A stretch of 64,000 bases of DNA from the human T2T-CHM13v2.0 reference genome, Homo sapiens, in NCBI RefSeq assembly GCF_009914755.1, contig NC_060941.1. One strand, given 5' to 3'. Below, piece after piece: positions 50,120 through 64,000 of the stretch. Below the pieces are notes generated by a model. The model searched no databases. It saw nothing but the letters and a program-made list of their open reading frames with translations, and was not told the DNA's origin. How positions within the stretch are numbered: the first letter of the stretch is position 1; every line of letters starts with the position of its first letter. Made by a program: the position numbers and the translations under genes.

Positions 50120-50575
50120 TATTAATACAATGGAATATTCCACAGCAACAAAAATAAATAAATACTGGCTGTACATAACAGCCAGTATTTATTTTGAGTC
50201 TTATGAAGCTGTGATTGAGACACAGAAGCTGAGACAAAAGAGTACATTTGTATCATGCCCAGTAAAATGTATTTCTCTGGGAAAACTTTCTATTTAAAAA
50301 ATAGGAAAAACGAATCTGAAGTACCAGAATACAAAATAGTGATTATGCTTGAAAGGGGAAGTAAAGATTAGGAAGGAGCACCAGGGGGGGTGTCCTGGTG
50401 CTCATAAATGTTCTGTTTCTTGATCTGAGTGCTGGCTACACAGTTGATCTGAGTGCTGGCTACACAGTTGATCTGAGTGCTGGCTACTTTATGAATATTC
50501 ACCCAACGATACACATAATTTGTGTGCACTTTTCTGTAAATAGATTATATTCCAATAAAATATATTTTAAAAAGA
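50120..50575 (+). mobile_element. Old L1ME-like 3' end containing a hairpin and a tandem triplication
   Basis: TACAATGGAATATT...AATGTTCTGTTTCTTGATCTG...TGTGCACTTTTCTGTA...CAATAAAA. Confidence 0.65.
50420..50487. repeat. Perfect 24-bp tandem repeat, ~2.8 copies (TTGATCTGAGTGCTGGCTACACAG)
   Basis: Directly visible; copies are identical with no spacers. Confidence 0.95.
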
Positions 50576-50971
50576 ACAAAATATGTGTACTTGATAATGT
50601 AACCACTAGATAAATAAACTGATTCCAAAATTTAAGGCTACACAGGCATTTCATAGAATATTCCTCATGCTTATCATAAGCCAGGCAAAAATCACACAAG
50701 CAAGAAGAGGCAAGCATTCAGTATTAGATGGTTTTGTATGCTGCAGAATCATTTAAATATATGTCCCACAAAAAAATTTCCTCCTTCTTTATGATGACAA
50801 ATTATTATGGCCTGGCAGGTGATAACTGCTGAAATATTTAGAAGGCACTTAAGATGGAGAAAAAAACCCTACAAATGCTATTTGAAATCCCTTTAAAGAA
50901 AATTTCTCTCCGAAGAGCAGAAAAACAAAGAGGGCAATTGATGGCAATTTATGACATGACAAAATCAATTA

Positions 50972-52156
50972 CAGTCATGCGCCCCATAAAGACGTTTCAC
51001 TCAACCACAGACTGCATAGACAATGGTGGTCCCACAAGATTATAATGGAGTTAAAAACTCATATTACCTAGTATTTACTATACTTTACTTCTTGTTGTTA
51101 TTTTACAATGTACTCTCTCTGTGTGTATACATATACATATTTATATATATAATAGTGTATATATCTGTCATATATATATATACACAGTATATATAAACAC
51201 ACACTCTGTGCATATATATGGAATGTATATATATATGTCATATATGTGTATATATATACAGTATGGATATCAGAGAGCGAGAGAGAGATAAAGTTAGCCA
51301 TGTAACAGCCTCAGGCAGCTTCTTCAGGAGAAGGCACTGTTGTCACAGCAGATGACAGATTCATACCTCTTATTGCCCCTGAAGACCTTCCAAAAGGACA
51401 GGACATGGAAGCCAATGTTATGGTGATGATCCTGGCCCTGTGTGGGCCTAGGCTAATGTGTGTGTTTGTGTCTTAGTTTTTTTTGTTTTTTCAAATATTT
51501 AAATAGAAAAAAATTAAAATAGAAAAAAAGCCCATATAATTTAAAGGAAACAAAGAAAGAAAATGTTTTTGTACAGCTGTACAATGTGTTTTATGCTAAA
51601 TGTTATTACAAAAGAATTAAAAAGATTTTTAAAGGCTTATGAAGTAAAAAGTTACAGTGTTATCATAAGCTAAGGTTAATTTATTATTGAAGAAAACATT
51701 GTTTTTATAAATGTAGTGTAGCCTAAGTGTACTGTGCTTATAAATTCTACAGTAGTGTTCAATAATGTTCTAGGCCTTCACATTCACTCACCACTCACTC
51801 ACTGATTCACTTAGAGCATCTTCCATTCCTGCAAGCTCCATTCCTGGTAAGTGCCTTCTACAGGTGTACCACTTTTTAATCTTTTATACCATACTTTTAC
51901 TGTCCCTTTTCTATGTTTGGATTTGTTTAGATACACACATACTTACCTTTGGGTTCCAATTACCTACAATATTCAGAACAGTAACATGTTGTACAGATTT
52001 GAAACCTAGGAGCAATAGGCTATGTCATTTATTCTAAGTGTGTGATAGGCCATACCGTCTAGGTTTGTGTAAGTACACTCTGATGTTCACACAACAATGA
52101 AATTGCCTAAGGAGGTTTCTTGTGATGTACGCCTGCCATTAAGTGATGCGTGACTA
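50972..52156 (+). mobile_element. Tigger3b (GOLEM/MER7)-like DNA transposon
   Basis: TA-CAGTCATGCGCCCCATAAAGACG left TIR and CATTAAGTGATGCGTGACTA right TIR, with an internal (TA)n tract. Confidence 0.85.
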
Positions 52157-52323
52157 CAGCTTCTTATTGGATTGTTTTGCTTTTAGAGTGAATACCTTGA
52201 AGATAACAAACTCACTTACTTTTTATGCCACAAATATATCATGTAGCATTGTGGCTCTGCAAGAATGAAAATTGTAACAAAGTTGCTTCTTGAGTAGGAA
52301 AAACAACTATAAACTGGCTTCAA

Positions 52324-52897
52324 TGTGATATTGTGATGTAATAAGAAATAAATATCTGATCTTAGTTGCCAGTTCTCAGGTAGAGTTCCTAAAACCCTTG
52401 TAATTTCCTAAGTGATAAAGGTAAAAGGAGCATCTTCTGTAGTTCATTAACAAAATCCCTTTCAAACACACATGAGTTTACGTGAACGAGATGACTTTTG
52501 GAAATCCCTTAAAGGTAGGAGATAGTTACCCGGGAAACCAACCATATAGTTAGAGGATTGAAACTTTCAGCCTCACCCTCCAAACCACAGGGGGAGAGGA
52601 AAGAGTACTGGAGATTGAGTGAATCACTAGTGGCCAATAATTTCATCCAGCATGCCTAAGTAATAAAGCCTGCAGAAAAACCTTAACTGAAAGGATTTGG
52701 AGAATGTCCAGGTTGCTGAACATATGAAGGTGCTGGGTGGGTGGCTTGTCCAGAGAGGGTATAGAAGCCCCATGCCCCTTCTCCATATTTTGCCCTGTGG
52801 GTCTCTTCCATCTGGCTGTACTTCAGTTGTATTCTTAATAGTAAACCAGCAAATGGAAGTGAATGTTTCCTTGAGTTTTGTGAACCCTTCTGTGAAC
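52324..52897 (+). mobile_element. MER21-like LTR, 3'-truncated
   Basis: TGTGATATTGTGATGTAATAAGAAATA...CTAAAACCCTTG...GTTTCCTTGAGTTTTGTGA. Confidence 0.75.
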
Positions 52898-53368
52898 TCC
52901 ATAAAAAAAGAAGAAAATCCTGTTATTTGTTGCAACATGGATGGTCATTATGTTAAGCAAAATAAGCCAGGCATGGAAAGGTGAATCTTATATGTCCTCA
53001 TTCATATGTGGGAGCTAAAAACGTTGATCTCATGGAGGTAGAGAGTCCAGTAGTGGTTACCAGAGACTGGGAAGTGGGAGGAATGAAAAGAATTTGGTTA
53101 GTGGGTATGAAGCAGAGTTCAATAGGAGGAATAAGTTCTATTATTCAATTGTACAGTAGGGAGATTATAATTAATGATAATATATTGTACATTTCAAAAT
53201 ATCTAGAAAAGAGAAAAATTGGAATATTCCCAGCACAAAGAATGAATACATATATGATATTTTAGCTATCCCAATTACCTTGATTTGGTAATTGTACATG
53301 TACATTGGGTACATGTATGAAAATATCACATGTACCCTATGTATAACTATTATATATCAATAATAAAT
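52898..53368 (+). mobile_element. L1MA (MA4-6-like) 3' end
   Basis: TGTGGGAGCTAAAAA...GATCTCATGGAGGTAGAGAGT...AAAATATCACATGTACCC. Confidence 0.75.
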
Positions 53369-53429
53369 AGGTACTCAAATAGTTTTTATATGGCATAATT
53401 TTCCTGCAGAGTTGGAAATGGTCGCTACA

Positions 53430-53900
53430 CCCTTTAACCTCTGACTATACTCTCCTTTATGTCTTCTCACTCATCATCTTTTATTTTTCTCCTCCTTGCT
53501 AACCCTGGTCCAGCTTTGAGGGCTTTCTTACAATCCTTTTGATTCCACAAACAAGCCAGATATGCTTTCACCTTCATGTCTTTGCATTTGTTACTCCCTC
53601 TAGTTGGAATGCTCTTTCTTAAATTTGCAGGTATTTAATTTCATATTGTCTCTGTCTCAGTAAGGCACACTCTATTGCCCCACCTCCACTCCCCAGCACA
53701 CATATACTAGAACTCTTTTCCTTTTTTTAAAAAATATCATGTGTCATACATCACGTATTCTAAGTTTTGTATTGTCTGTCTCCTCTCTTACATAATTACA
53801 AAGCTCAAGGAAAGCAGAACTTTAGCAAACTGCTTGCACTGCTGTGTCTCCTAAAATAATCCCTACTATATAGTAAGTTCCCAACAGAACTTGATTGAAT
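53430..53900 (+). mobile_element. L2 3' fragment
   Basis: TCTTTGCATTTGTTACTCCCTCTAGTTGGAATGCTCTTTC and a terminal TTGAAT. Confidence 0.55.
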
Positions 53901-54399
53901 AATGATTTTTAATAGAAAATAGTATTAATTAAGCTGAAATAGAAAAAATGTATTACCTAGAAATTATAATGAATCTTATAGGTCAAGTTATAGAATATCA
54001 GGTTCTCAACACCAGTGATAAGTCAATCTGCTTATATAGAGATGCAACACAAGGTTTTTCAGAGGCCCTTATAATCTTTAAGATTCTCGCAAAGGCACAA
54101 GGAACTTCTGTGTATAAATCCCTATTAAGGGCGGCATCCATCATCTCTTCACTGAGACCACAAGCCTCTCCTGGTTCACTAAATCCCTCTGAGGCCAAGC
54201 ACAAACTGTCCCGTCAGGCCCATCTGCAGAGTAAACCCATGAAACTAGACTGTACATTACCAGATTGTGGGATTGCTGGAAATGGTATGAGGACTGCAAC
54301 CATCAAGGATAGCCACGAAAAAGTATACAATGTATTCTCTATTCTCAGATCAACAAACTGAAAGAAGGTTTCTATTCTTCTGGTAGATACTCTTCAAAG

Positions 54400-54915
54400 T
54401 TGACCCCTGTGCATCACATTTATGCTTTTATAGATGTTCCTGTCAATGCTGAATCTGTACCTAAAACGTAGCCAAAATGTCATTGTGCCAGTTTTGGGTG
54501 TAAGCCTTAAAAAGAACTTCAAGCTTCCATTCTGTCCTCTTGGAAGCCTTGACTTTTCATGTTAGAAGTCCAGCTAATCTACTGAAACGAATGTGTAGAG
54601 GAAGAGTCCCTGAGACTACATGGAGAGAAAGGGGGAGGAGGAAGGTCTAGTCATCCCAGTACCCTATCCTCACTGAGCCCAGCCTTCTGGCTGTTCATCA
54701 GTGCTCCAGTCATGGGAATGAACCAACTTGGACATTTCAGCCACGCTGAGCCCCCAGATAATTGAAGCTCCTGTCCAAATCGCAACATCATGTATAACAT
54801 AAGAACTCTTCAGATGAATACAGTCGATGTATAAAATCATGAAAAGTAACAAGAAAGATTGTGATTCCAAAACTTTTGGAGTGATTTTTTAATGTACAGA
54901 TGGAAAATTAAAACT
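54400..54915 (+). mobile_element. MaLR LTR, MLT1G/H-like
   Basis: GTCCCTGAGACTACATGGAGAG...TTTTGGAGTGATTTTTTA. Confidence 0.55.
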
Positions 54916-56519
54916 ACTACTACCTCATATAACCAACTGGGATGAGGAAAGAGAGTTACAGGGCTCTCTTTAAGGGGCTTTACAGGATTGTAAGGCTTCT
55001 GTCTCCATCTCATTTTCTGCATCTCAGCTTATAAATGGTAGAGAGAGCTGAAGAGAAGGTTGGGATTGCCACCTCAACAGTGATTCCTCTGAAGTCATTT
55101 GTCTTTCGTTAGAACAAAGATTCTGAATTTTAAACATAAATTCTATTTTTTTCTAATTATGTGACTGCTGCTTTCCCTTATTGGGAAATGCTGGCCTCAT
55201 ATATCAGAGCTCAGGTAAAGATAAAGGGCAATAAATGCTTTAAGGTCTGAATATGGCAGGAAAACAACATTGACACTTTATACATCTTCCTATCACCTCT
55301 TTAGAATAGACAAGTGTCAGACCAAATCCTCCTGGGTCAACAAACTATTTTGACACAGAAAGCTGCCCCCACTTCTTACACCTTGGAGTTGATCCAATAT
55401 TTGGATCATTATATCAGAGTATTTTTAGATTACATTACAAGCACGGACAGTATGTATCCTTAGGCTTAACATAAAGTATAAAAAAACAACTTTACAATAA
55501 GAATTTGGCTCGATGTTTTAATAAAAGAACTAAAAGATCTCAGGATTAGAAGCTTCACTCAGTAAAATTCCTAAGCCAACATCATTAAGTAATCAGGGAA
55601 TCAGAAGTAGATTCTTACTCTTTTCTCAAATTTGCATTTGCTTTCCTTTACTTAATTTCTATTCTACAGACTCTGAAATAACTCCTTCAGCTGATTCTGT
55701 CTTAAAGGAAATAAATGTAACAATCTAATCTGTTCATATTCAAATCCTAGTACATGCACAAAGCCCTTTATAAGAAAATGTGTTAAATAATTCAATGAGC
55801 AGATTATTATTACAGAGAATTAAATAAGTGGATGTGGTATATCTCTAATACCCTTGTGTAAAGCCTGTTTTAATTCTATAATCCCAATTGGATGCAACAT
55901 ACTTAAATGAATACCATTAACTTGTATTTTTTCTATTCTGTTTATAAACATAATAACAGTTGAGAGACATCTATTGAGAAAACATCAACTCTATTTGCAC
56001 ATTCTTAAAGAGAATATTAGAAAAACAAAATTTTAATTTTCGTGTGTGTAATCTGTTAATATAATTAGAATGGAAGACGATTATGTACTTTCAGATCTTT
56101 CCATGTTAATTAAAAAGCTAATAACTTGAATGGCTATAAATACTGAATTAGTGGGGCCAATGCTCCTGGCGGTTAATCCTTTATTTGCCATTTACTGAAG
56201 ATCACTTAATTAGGATACCATCTTTATATCAGGAATACCCTATCAATAGTTGCAAGGGCCCTTAATCTTTGATGGTAGATCTTTGAGCCATTTTCCAATA
56301 CACTGCACTCCACTCGGGATTTCCTAACAGTCAGCATTCACTGCCTTTGACTCAGTCTATCAAGGAATTTTACTGTGAGCAATTTCTCTGCCTCCCTAAC
56401 CTTAGTAATAATTTCCAGGTTTTAGAGAAAGGAAAAGCAGCTCCACTAGAAAAATTAAAAAAAGGTTTCTAGCTCTAATGTTTAATAAACTTATTAATAT
56501 TTTTAACCAGAAATAGTAG

Positions 56520-58690
56520 GAGTAGACAATGTAAGCATCAAAAGATTAATATCAGCAATTGGTGGATATACATAAAACAGTGTTTGACATTTTTATACTA
56601 ATGAAAATCCGTGAGTACATAGTAATTCAAACTAAATCACATTGGTCATCTTTGGAGGATGCTAGAGAACCAGTTCATTATTCTTAGAACTAGCAAATAA
56701 AGTGAAATAATATTTTTTAAAAAATTACTCTGACTTTCCTTTACAAACTGTCGACGACAAGAATCAAACTCTGTAAAATAATTAAAGAGATTTGTCCTGA
56801 GCCAAATATGAGTGACCATGGCCTATGACACAGCCCTCAGGATGTCCTGAGAACATGTGCCCAAAGTGATCCGGGTGCAGCTTGGTTTTATACATTTTAT
56901 TGAGACATGAGACTTCAATCAAACACATTTAAGAAATGCATTAGTTTGGTCCAGAAAAGCAGGACAACTTGAACTGAGGGTGGGGTGGGGCATCTAGCTT
57001 ATAGGTAGATGAAAAATTTTCTAGTTGATAATTGGCTGAGTTTATCTAAAGACTGGGATTAATAGAAAGGGATGCCGAGGTTAAGATAAAGGGTTGTGAA
57101 GACCCAAGTTCTTATTAGCAGATGAAGCCTTTAGGTAGTAGCCTTAGAGACAATAGGTTGTAAGATGTTTCTTATCAGACTTCATGTCTGTGTTGATGTT
57201 AATACTGGAGAGGTATAATGAGGCATGTTCTACTCCCACTTCTCATCATGGCCTGAAACAATCTCTTGGGTTAAATTTTAAAACAGCCCTGGCTGAGGAG
57301 GAATTCCATTCAGATGGTTGGGGGACTTCAGAATTTTATTTTTGGTTTACAAAACCACACCCAAGTTTCCTTCTCAGGTACTCTTCTGGGATTAATATAT
57401 GAGTGAGAAATGATAGACTTAGACTATCACCACATTGCATCCCATAATGAGGTAAAGGATCTAGGCAATAATCATCAATGGTTGCCAAAACCATTAAGTT
57501 AAAAGAGGGCAGAGCAATCTGATAACACCCCACTCCATTGATCAATATTAATATTTATATCACTAAGCTTTTACTGCAATGATGTTGGTCAAAAAGTAAT
57601 TTCAAAACTCAATAGCATGTACACACACACATTTATTTCTTGATTATGAAAAAATTGGATCTGTGGGTCAACTGATGCTAAGCTTGGCTTGGTTCCAAAC
57701 TGTGGTTTGCTTTCAGGTTGACTTATTCTGTCTTCACAATCTGTATCCCAAGAAAAAAGAAGCAGTTACTATTTGAAACACATGATTGTCATGGCAGAAG
57801 GCAAGAATTCTAGAAGCTAAGCCAGACAATGCAAACACATTTGTAGTCTTGGCACCGATGTGATCTATGTCATCTACATTCACGTTCTATAAGCCACAGC
57901 AAGCCAAATTGCTAAGTTCAATACCCATGTAGTTGGGAGCTATACTTCTCTCATGAAGTCTGGGGAAAGGGAAGCATTCAATGGAAAAAGAGATTCTTTG
58001 TTAAATAATAATATGATCTACAACATCATGTAAAAAAAGAGACACACGAGTCATGACGTGCCCATGATGTGAACAAGTAAGAAGTGTGCAAGCCAACCTA
58101 TGAAGTATTCTAAACTATTTTTTGTCAAACTATCAATTTATAGAAAATAAAAGAAGTAGGGGAAGACGTCAAGAAACGTTACAAGGAAGCAACTGGCAAC
58201 ATCTAGAATGCGAAGAATACCACAGAGCAATAAATAATTTTCTTCTACAAATTGTTAAAAAAAATAAATAAATAAAAATTTTAAAAAATGATGAAGGAGT
58301 AACATACAGATTGAAAGATATTTACAGAAATCTCAGAGAACTGTAATGTGTAGGCTTTGGCTGGATCATAAGTTGAACAAATCAAATGCAAAATGACATT
58401 TTACAAACTATCAGGGAGACTTGAACAATAATTACCTTTCTGATAATGTTAGGAAGTACTAATTGCTAGGTTAATGGTATTATGGTTATGGTTTCCAAAT
58501 ACAATTGCTATCTTATATAAATATATACTGAAATATTTAAGAATGGAAAGAGACGTGCTTCAAAGTATTCTGAGGAGAGTCAGGAGTAGGGAGGAGTATA
58601 AATGAAATAAGTTTTGAGTGATGAGCACTGAGTAAATTACTCTATTCTCTCTACTCTTGGATAATTTTTACATAACAAAAAAAGTCCTGA
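56520..58690 (+). mobile_element. L1MC5-like 3' region, split by a MER4 LTR and an MLT1-type LTR (~57570-58025)
   Basis: CATCTTTGGAGGATGCTAG and GGATCTAGGCAATAATCATCAATGG motifs continue across the inserts. Confidence 0.55.
56749..57351 (-). mobile_element. ERV1 solo LTR, MER4-group
   Basis: Reverse complement begins TGTAAACCAAAAATAAAATTC and ends CGACA. 4-bp TSD AAAC at 56745-56748 and 57352-57355. Confidence 0.85.
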
Positions 58691-59879
58691 AAGAGAGAGA
58701 AAATTTCTTTTCACCAAACGAAGTAAAGTGGATAAGAGGTGGATGTTTCTAAGATCATATTTTATTGTGCTTAAATTCTTTGCTTGAATCTCCCTACTTC
58801 TGCCCTGTATAAAGATCAAAACTTTTTCAGCTCAAGGGGATAACAATGCAGTGCCAAAAACGAATGTCTTTCATTGTGCATTTTAAAGACAAAAAAATTG
58901 TAAATTATAAAGTTTTTTTTCCTAAGAAATAAACAAGAGAGTCTCAGAACCTCTTCCCTTCTAAAAAAAGCAAGAAAATACCTCAAAAACAGGTATATTT
59001 AGACACGTCTAATGAATGCTTCTTGAGAATGAAACCAGTCTATGTAAGCAGGATTATTTATTTAGCTGGGTGAAATGCTTTTTTTGGTAAAGGGAATTTA
59101 TTTTAATCCATTGAGAACTAGAAATTATTTTGTTTCATATAGAAAAGGAAACAGAGCCACTAATCAATTATATTAACTTTTTTATAAGTGAACGAGAATG
59201 TGCTTATTCTATTAGGAAAACACCAATTTTATTTGAGATTATGATCAAATAGCAACATATTTTAGAAGCCACAGAGAGAAAATGAAATTTTAAGAGAACT
59301 ATCTTTTCAAAAGAAAACAACTTGTGAATAGGGAGCTCATATAATCTTTCCCAGAAGAAAATGGGCAATGGTTACTCCTGTGTGGCATTTCAACCCATAG
59401 TGATTTACCTGAAGGAAATTATTAACTCTTCCTGGCGTTTTAGAATAATAACATGATGATGAGACACCTAAAAAGTGCTCAGAGGAAACATTGGTTGCAA
59501 GTACCTGCCCAAATTGTTTAATGTTTGTCAAACTTGAATTGCATTTGAAGGGTGCATCACTAGTAATGGATTTCCAGTTCTATTTCCACATGGGCAAAGC
59601 TTTGTAGCCATTACAAGATGTAGTTTATTACCTTGCATTATGTATGAGATGATTTTTGTGAGCAGGTACACAAACACAAAAGGGAAAAATACAAGAAAGC
59701 AATTTCTTTTATTGCTCAATATATAGCAGTTAGGAATAATTTGGAAATTTTTCAAATAGCTCATTTTGGGAAATTCTTAGATCTACTCAGGACAGACTGT
59801 TTTCTACAGTGTTATTAAATAATTTGAGTGTAGATAAGACTGACATTAATTCCTAAGTGAGTTATCTCTTGTTACATAA

Positions 59880-60085
59880 TAGAGGCAAAATGTCACAAAA
59901 GGGATACTAGATTTGGAAATAAAAGAGCTTTGAGCAATGTTTCTAACATGATTAACTGCATGTAACCTTGGTCATATAATTTAATTTCTCTATGCTTCAT
60001 TTTCCTCTTCTCAAAACCAAAAATAATACAGCCTGCCTCACACAATTATATTGAAGATTACATATGCCTAGCTCAATGATTACTA
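59880..60085 (+). mobile_element. MIR
   Basis: TGTAACCTTGGTCATATAATTTAATTTCTCTATGCTTCATTTTCCTC core. Confidence 0.6.
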
Positions 60086-61235
60086 AAAAGCAAATACTCA
60101 AAAGTTTTTGATTAATTCAAATTATTAAACAAGAGCTAATACATGTAAATGGGCTTGTAAATTAAAGAAATCTATACCAATATAACACAAAAACATGACA
60201 GAATCATTTTGTTTGTTTTATAAAATTTGTTTTCAGATGTCTTTTAATGTTTTACCTGATGTCTTTTAATGTTTTTTTTTCTTATTAGTGAAAAGACTGA
60301 GTGTCAAAAGTGAAACCATTCTGTCTTTAAACCTTGCTATAGAATCAACCAGTTCATGAAATCTTATTAAATAGTGTCTTGAACTTTTGTTGTAAGAAAC
60401 AAAGAACTATTATTAGTGATGCTATCGAATGGCTTCAAGATAGTGGTGTGTTTTGACATGAAAAATATTGTAGATAAATTGCAAAACGTGAAGAGAACTT
60501 CTTAGGTATAAAATACAGCCACCACAAAGTGAGCAACTAGTCTCTTACACAAAATGCCAGAGACTGTGCATTACTTTTTCGGCACAGCATTGAGTGTAGC
60601 CCCATTAGCTGTAATTTATGCACAAACGAGTGTAAGCAGAGGCAATGTGTACGTTCTTTGTGATATTGGCACACGGTTGTCACTTTCAATCCAAAACACT
60701 CTCAAATCTGGCCAATTTTTCTCCACATTTTGGAAGAATCATTTTCTTTTGGCCAGAGATTCACTGTAAGAATTTTCAAGCCTAGAGAGAAGGTTTTGTT
60801 TACAAATTCGGAAGGGAGAAAAATCAAAATCCAGGCAAGAATAGAGGAGCTCCTGCAACCTTGGTTCCGCATGGAGTCACACTTCAAACTTCAGAATGAG
60901 AGCTGGCTGCACTCTGAGAAGGTTAATTTTCTTTCAGATGAGTGAAACAGTTCCCCAGTTGGAGAACACACTTCTAGTACTTATGCATGAGTTCTTTAGC
61001 AGTGTTTTGCTCAGAGACTTTAGTATACTCTGTGAGAGTATACATAAAAACACATTAGCTACAAGCAAGGAAAGGCTGAAAACCACGAGCATCCATCCAG
61101 TGTACATGAAATGGATGGAGCAAAGCATGTTGCCACATCAAATACCATGTCAGGACTATGTAACATAAAGTGAAACAGCCCAAATCTAGGTATAGATTAT
61201 GTTTCTTGTCTGCAGATTAAAAATGCCAGTTGCCG

Positions 61236-61538
61236 GGCCAGGCACAGTGGCTCACGCCTGTAATCCCAGCACTTTGGGAGGCCAAGGCGGGTGGATCATG
61301 AGGTCAGGAGATGGAGAACATCCTGGGTAACACAGTGAATCCCCGTCTCTACTAAAAATATAAAAAATTAGCCAGGCGTGGTGGCAGGCGCCTGTAGTCC
61401 CAGCTACTCGGGAGGCTGAGGCAAGAGAACGGCGTGAACCCAGAGGCGGAGCTTGCAGTGAGCCAAGATCCTCCACTGCACTCCAGCCTGGGGACAAAGC
61501 GAGACTCCGTCGCAAAAAAAAAAAAAAAAAAAAAAAAA
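61236..61538 (+). mobile_element. AluY
   Basis: GGCGTGAACCC and GGAGCTTGCAGTGAG diagnostics; long poly(A). Confidence 0.93.
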
Positions 61539-62002
61539 GGCAGACAGTTTTGAACAGTTATGAGGTCCCGGTAAAATATCATTCTGCTCTAATCTTTTTA
61601 TCTTCTCAGGGTTTACTATATTCTATTTTCTTCTATTTCTTTTCATACCAGAAGCTTCTTTCATAACAACATTTAGGCTACAAACTGGAAACAGTATGGT
61701 GTAGTAAAAAAACACATGGGTTTTAAATTCTATGAAGCTCAAATCCCAGCCATATTTTTGTTCAAAAAAAGATTGTAAGCTTAAATTGCAACAGTGAAGA
61801 ATTATTGTCTCTGAGCCTCAAATTTCTTTAAATATTTGAAAATTAAATGAAGATATTAATGTCTCAAAGGGTTTTAAAATTGTTTTAAGACTTTAATAGA
61901 TATATTATGAATTAAATAGATACATTATGTGTATACATATGTATGTGTACTATATATGTATATATGGTATATATGCAATTCTATATAAAATATATGTCTA
62001 TA

Positions 62003-62289
62003 GGCCAGGCACAGTGGCTCACGCTTGTAATCCCAGCACCTTGGGAGGCTGAGGCAGGTAGATCACCTGAGGTCAGGAGTTCAAGACCACCCTGGCCAAC
62101 ATGGCAAAACCTTGTCTCTACTAAAAATACAAAATTAGCTGGCCGTGGTGGCATGCATCTGTAATCCCAGCTACTCAGGAGGCTGAGGCAGGGAAATCAC
62201 TTGAACCCGGGAGGTGGAGATGGCAGAGAGCTGAGATCATATCACTGCACCCCAGCCTGGGCAACAGAGCGAGACTCCATCTAAAAAAA
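62003..62289 (+). mobile_element. AluSx/Sz
   Basis: Dimeric Alu inside a (TA/TG)-rich tract. Confidence 0.93.
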
Positions 62290-62442
62290 ATGTGCATATA
62301 TATCTTTATATATACAAATGTTTATAAAATGTATGTGTATATATGTACATATATATACATATGCATTTCTTTTTTTTTTTTAGAAAAACCTTTTATTATT
62401 GAGACTTTTGACTTATGTTCAGGAAATGACTTTTATGTACAA

Positions 62443-64000
<1,558 letters not shown>

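Noticed and set aside
50420-50487. CRISPR-like array
   Set aside because: Head-to-tail repeats with no spacers, no cas genes and a eukaryotic context.
53948-54361. 137-aa ATG-initiated ORF in non-repeat DNA
   Set aside because: No recognisable domain, promoter or splice structure; the length is compatible with chance in 64 kb.

Overview
Primate (probably hominoid) non-coding genomic DNA, AT-rich and dominated by interspersed repeats. I find no intact protein-coding gene, RNA gene, CRISPR array or prokaryote-type system. Nearly all long ORFs in the track are fragments of L1 ORF1/ORF2, Hsmar1 transposase, Alu or LTR sequence, or of a full-length RPS2 processed pseudogene (10185-11140, minus strand). 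Other contents: six primate L1PA copies; old L1M, L2 and MIR pieces; about nine Alu/FRAM elements; solo LTRs (MER11D-, MER57-, MER52-, MER4-, MER21- and MLT1-like); a near full-length Hsmar1 mariner with an Alu inserted; and Tigger2a, Tigger3b and MER82 DNA transposons. The interesting signal is in how the retroelements are built. There are two probable L1 3' transductions, a twin-priming inversion, an L1 nested in an older L1 with about 2.7 kb deleted, and an L1 reduced to its 5' tip plus its 3' third. An old L1 carries an inverted copy of its own flank at an inversion junction. Several L1 copies of different ages share private variants, which suggests local gene conversion, a lineage-specific subfamily or an assembly artefact. 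Repeat subfamily names come from my recall of consensus sequences, not from a database search. I do not claim a new biological system.
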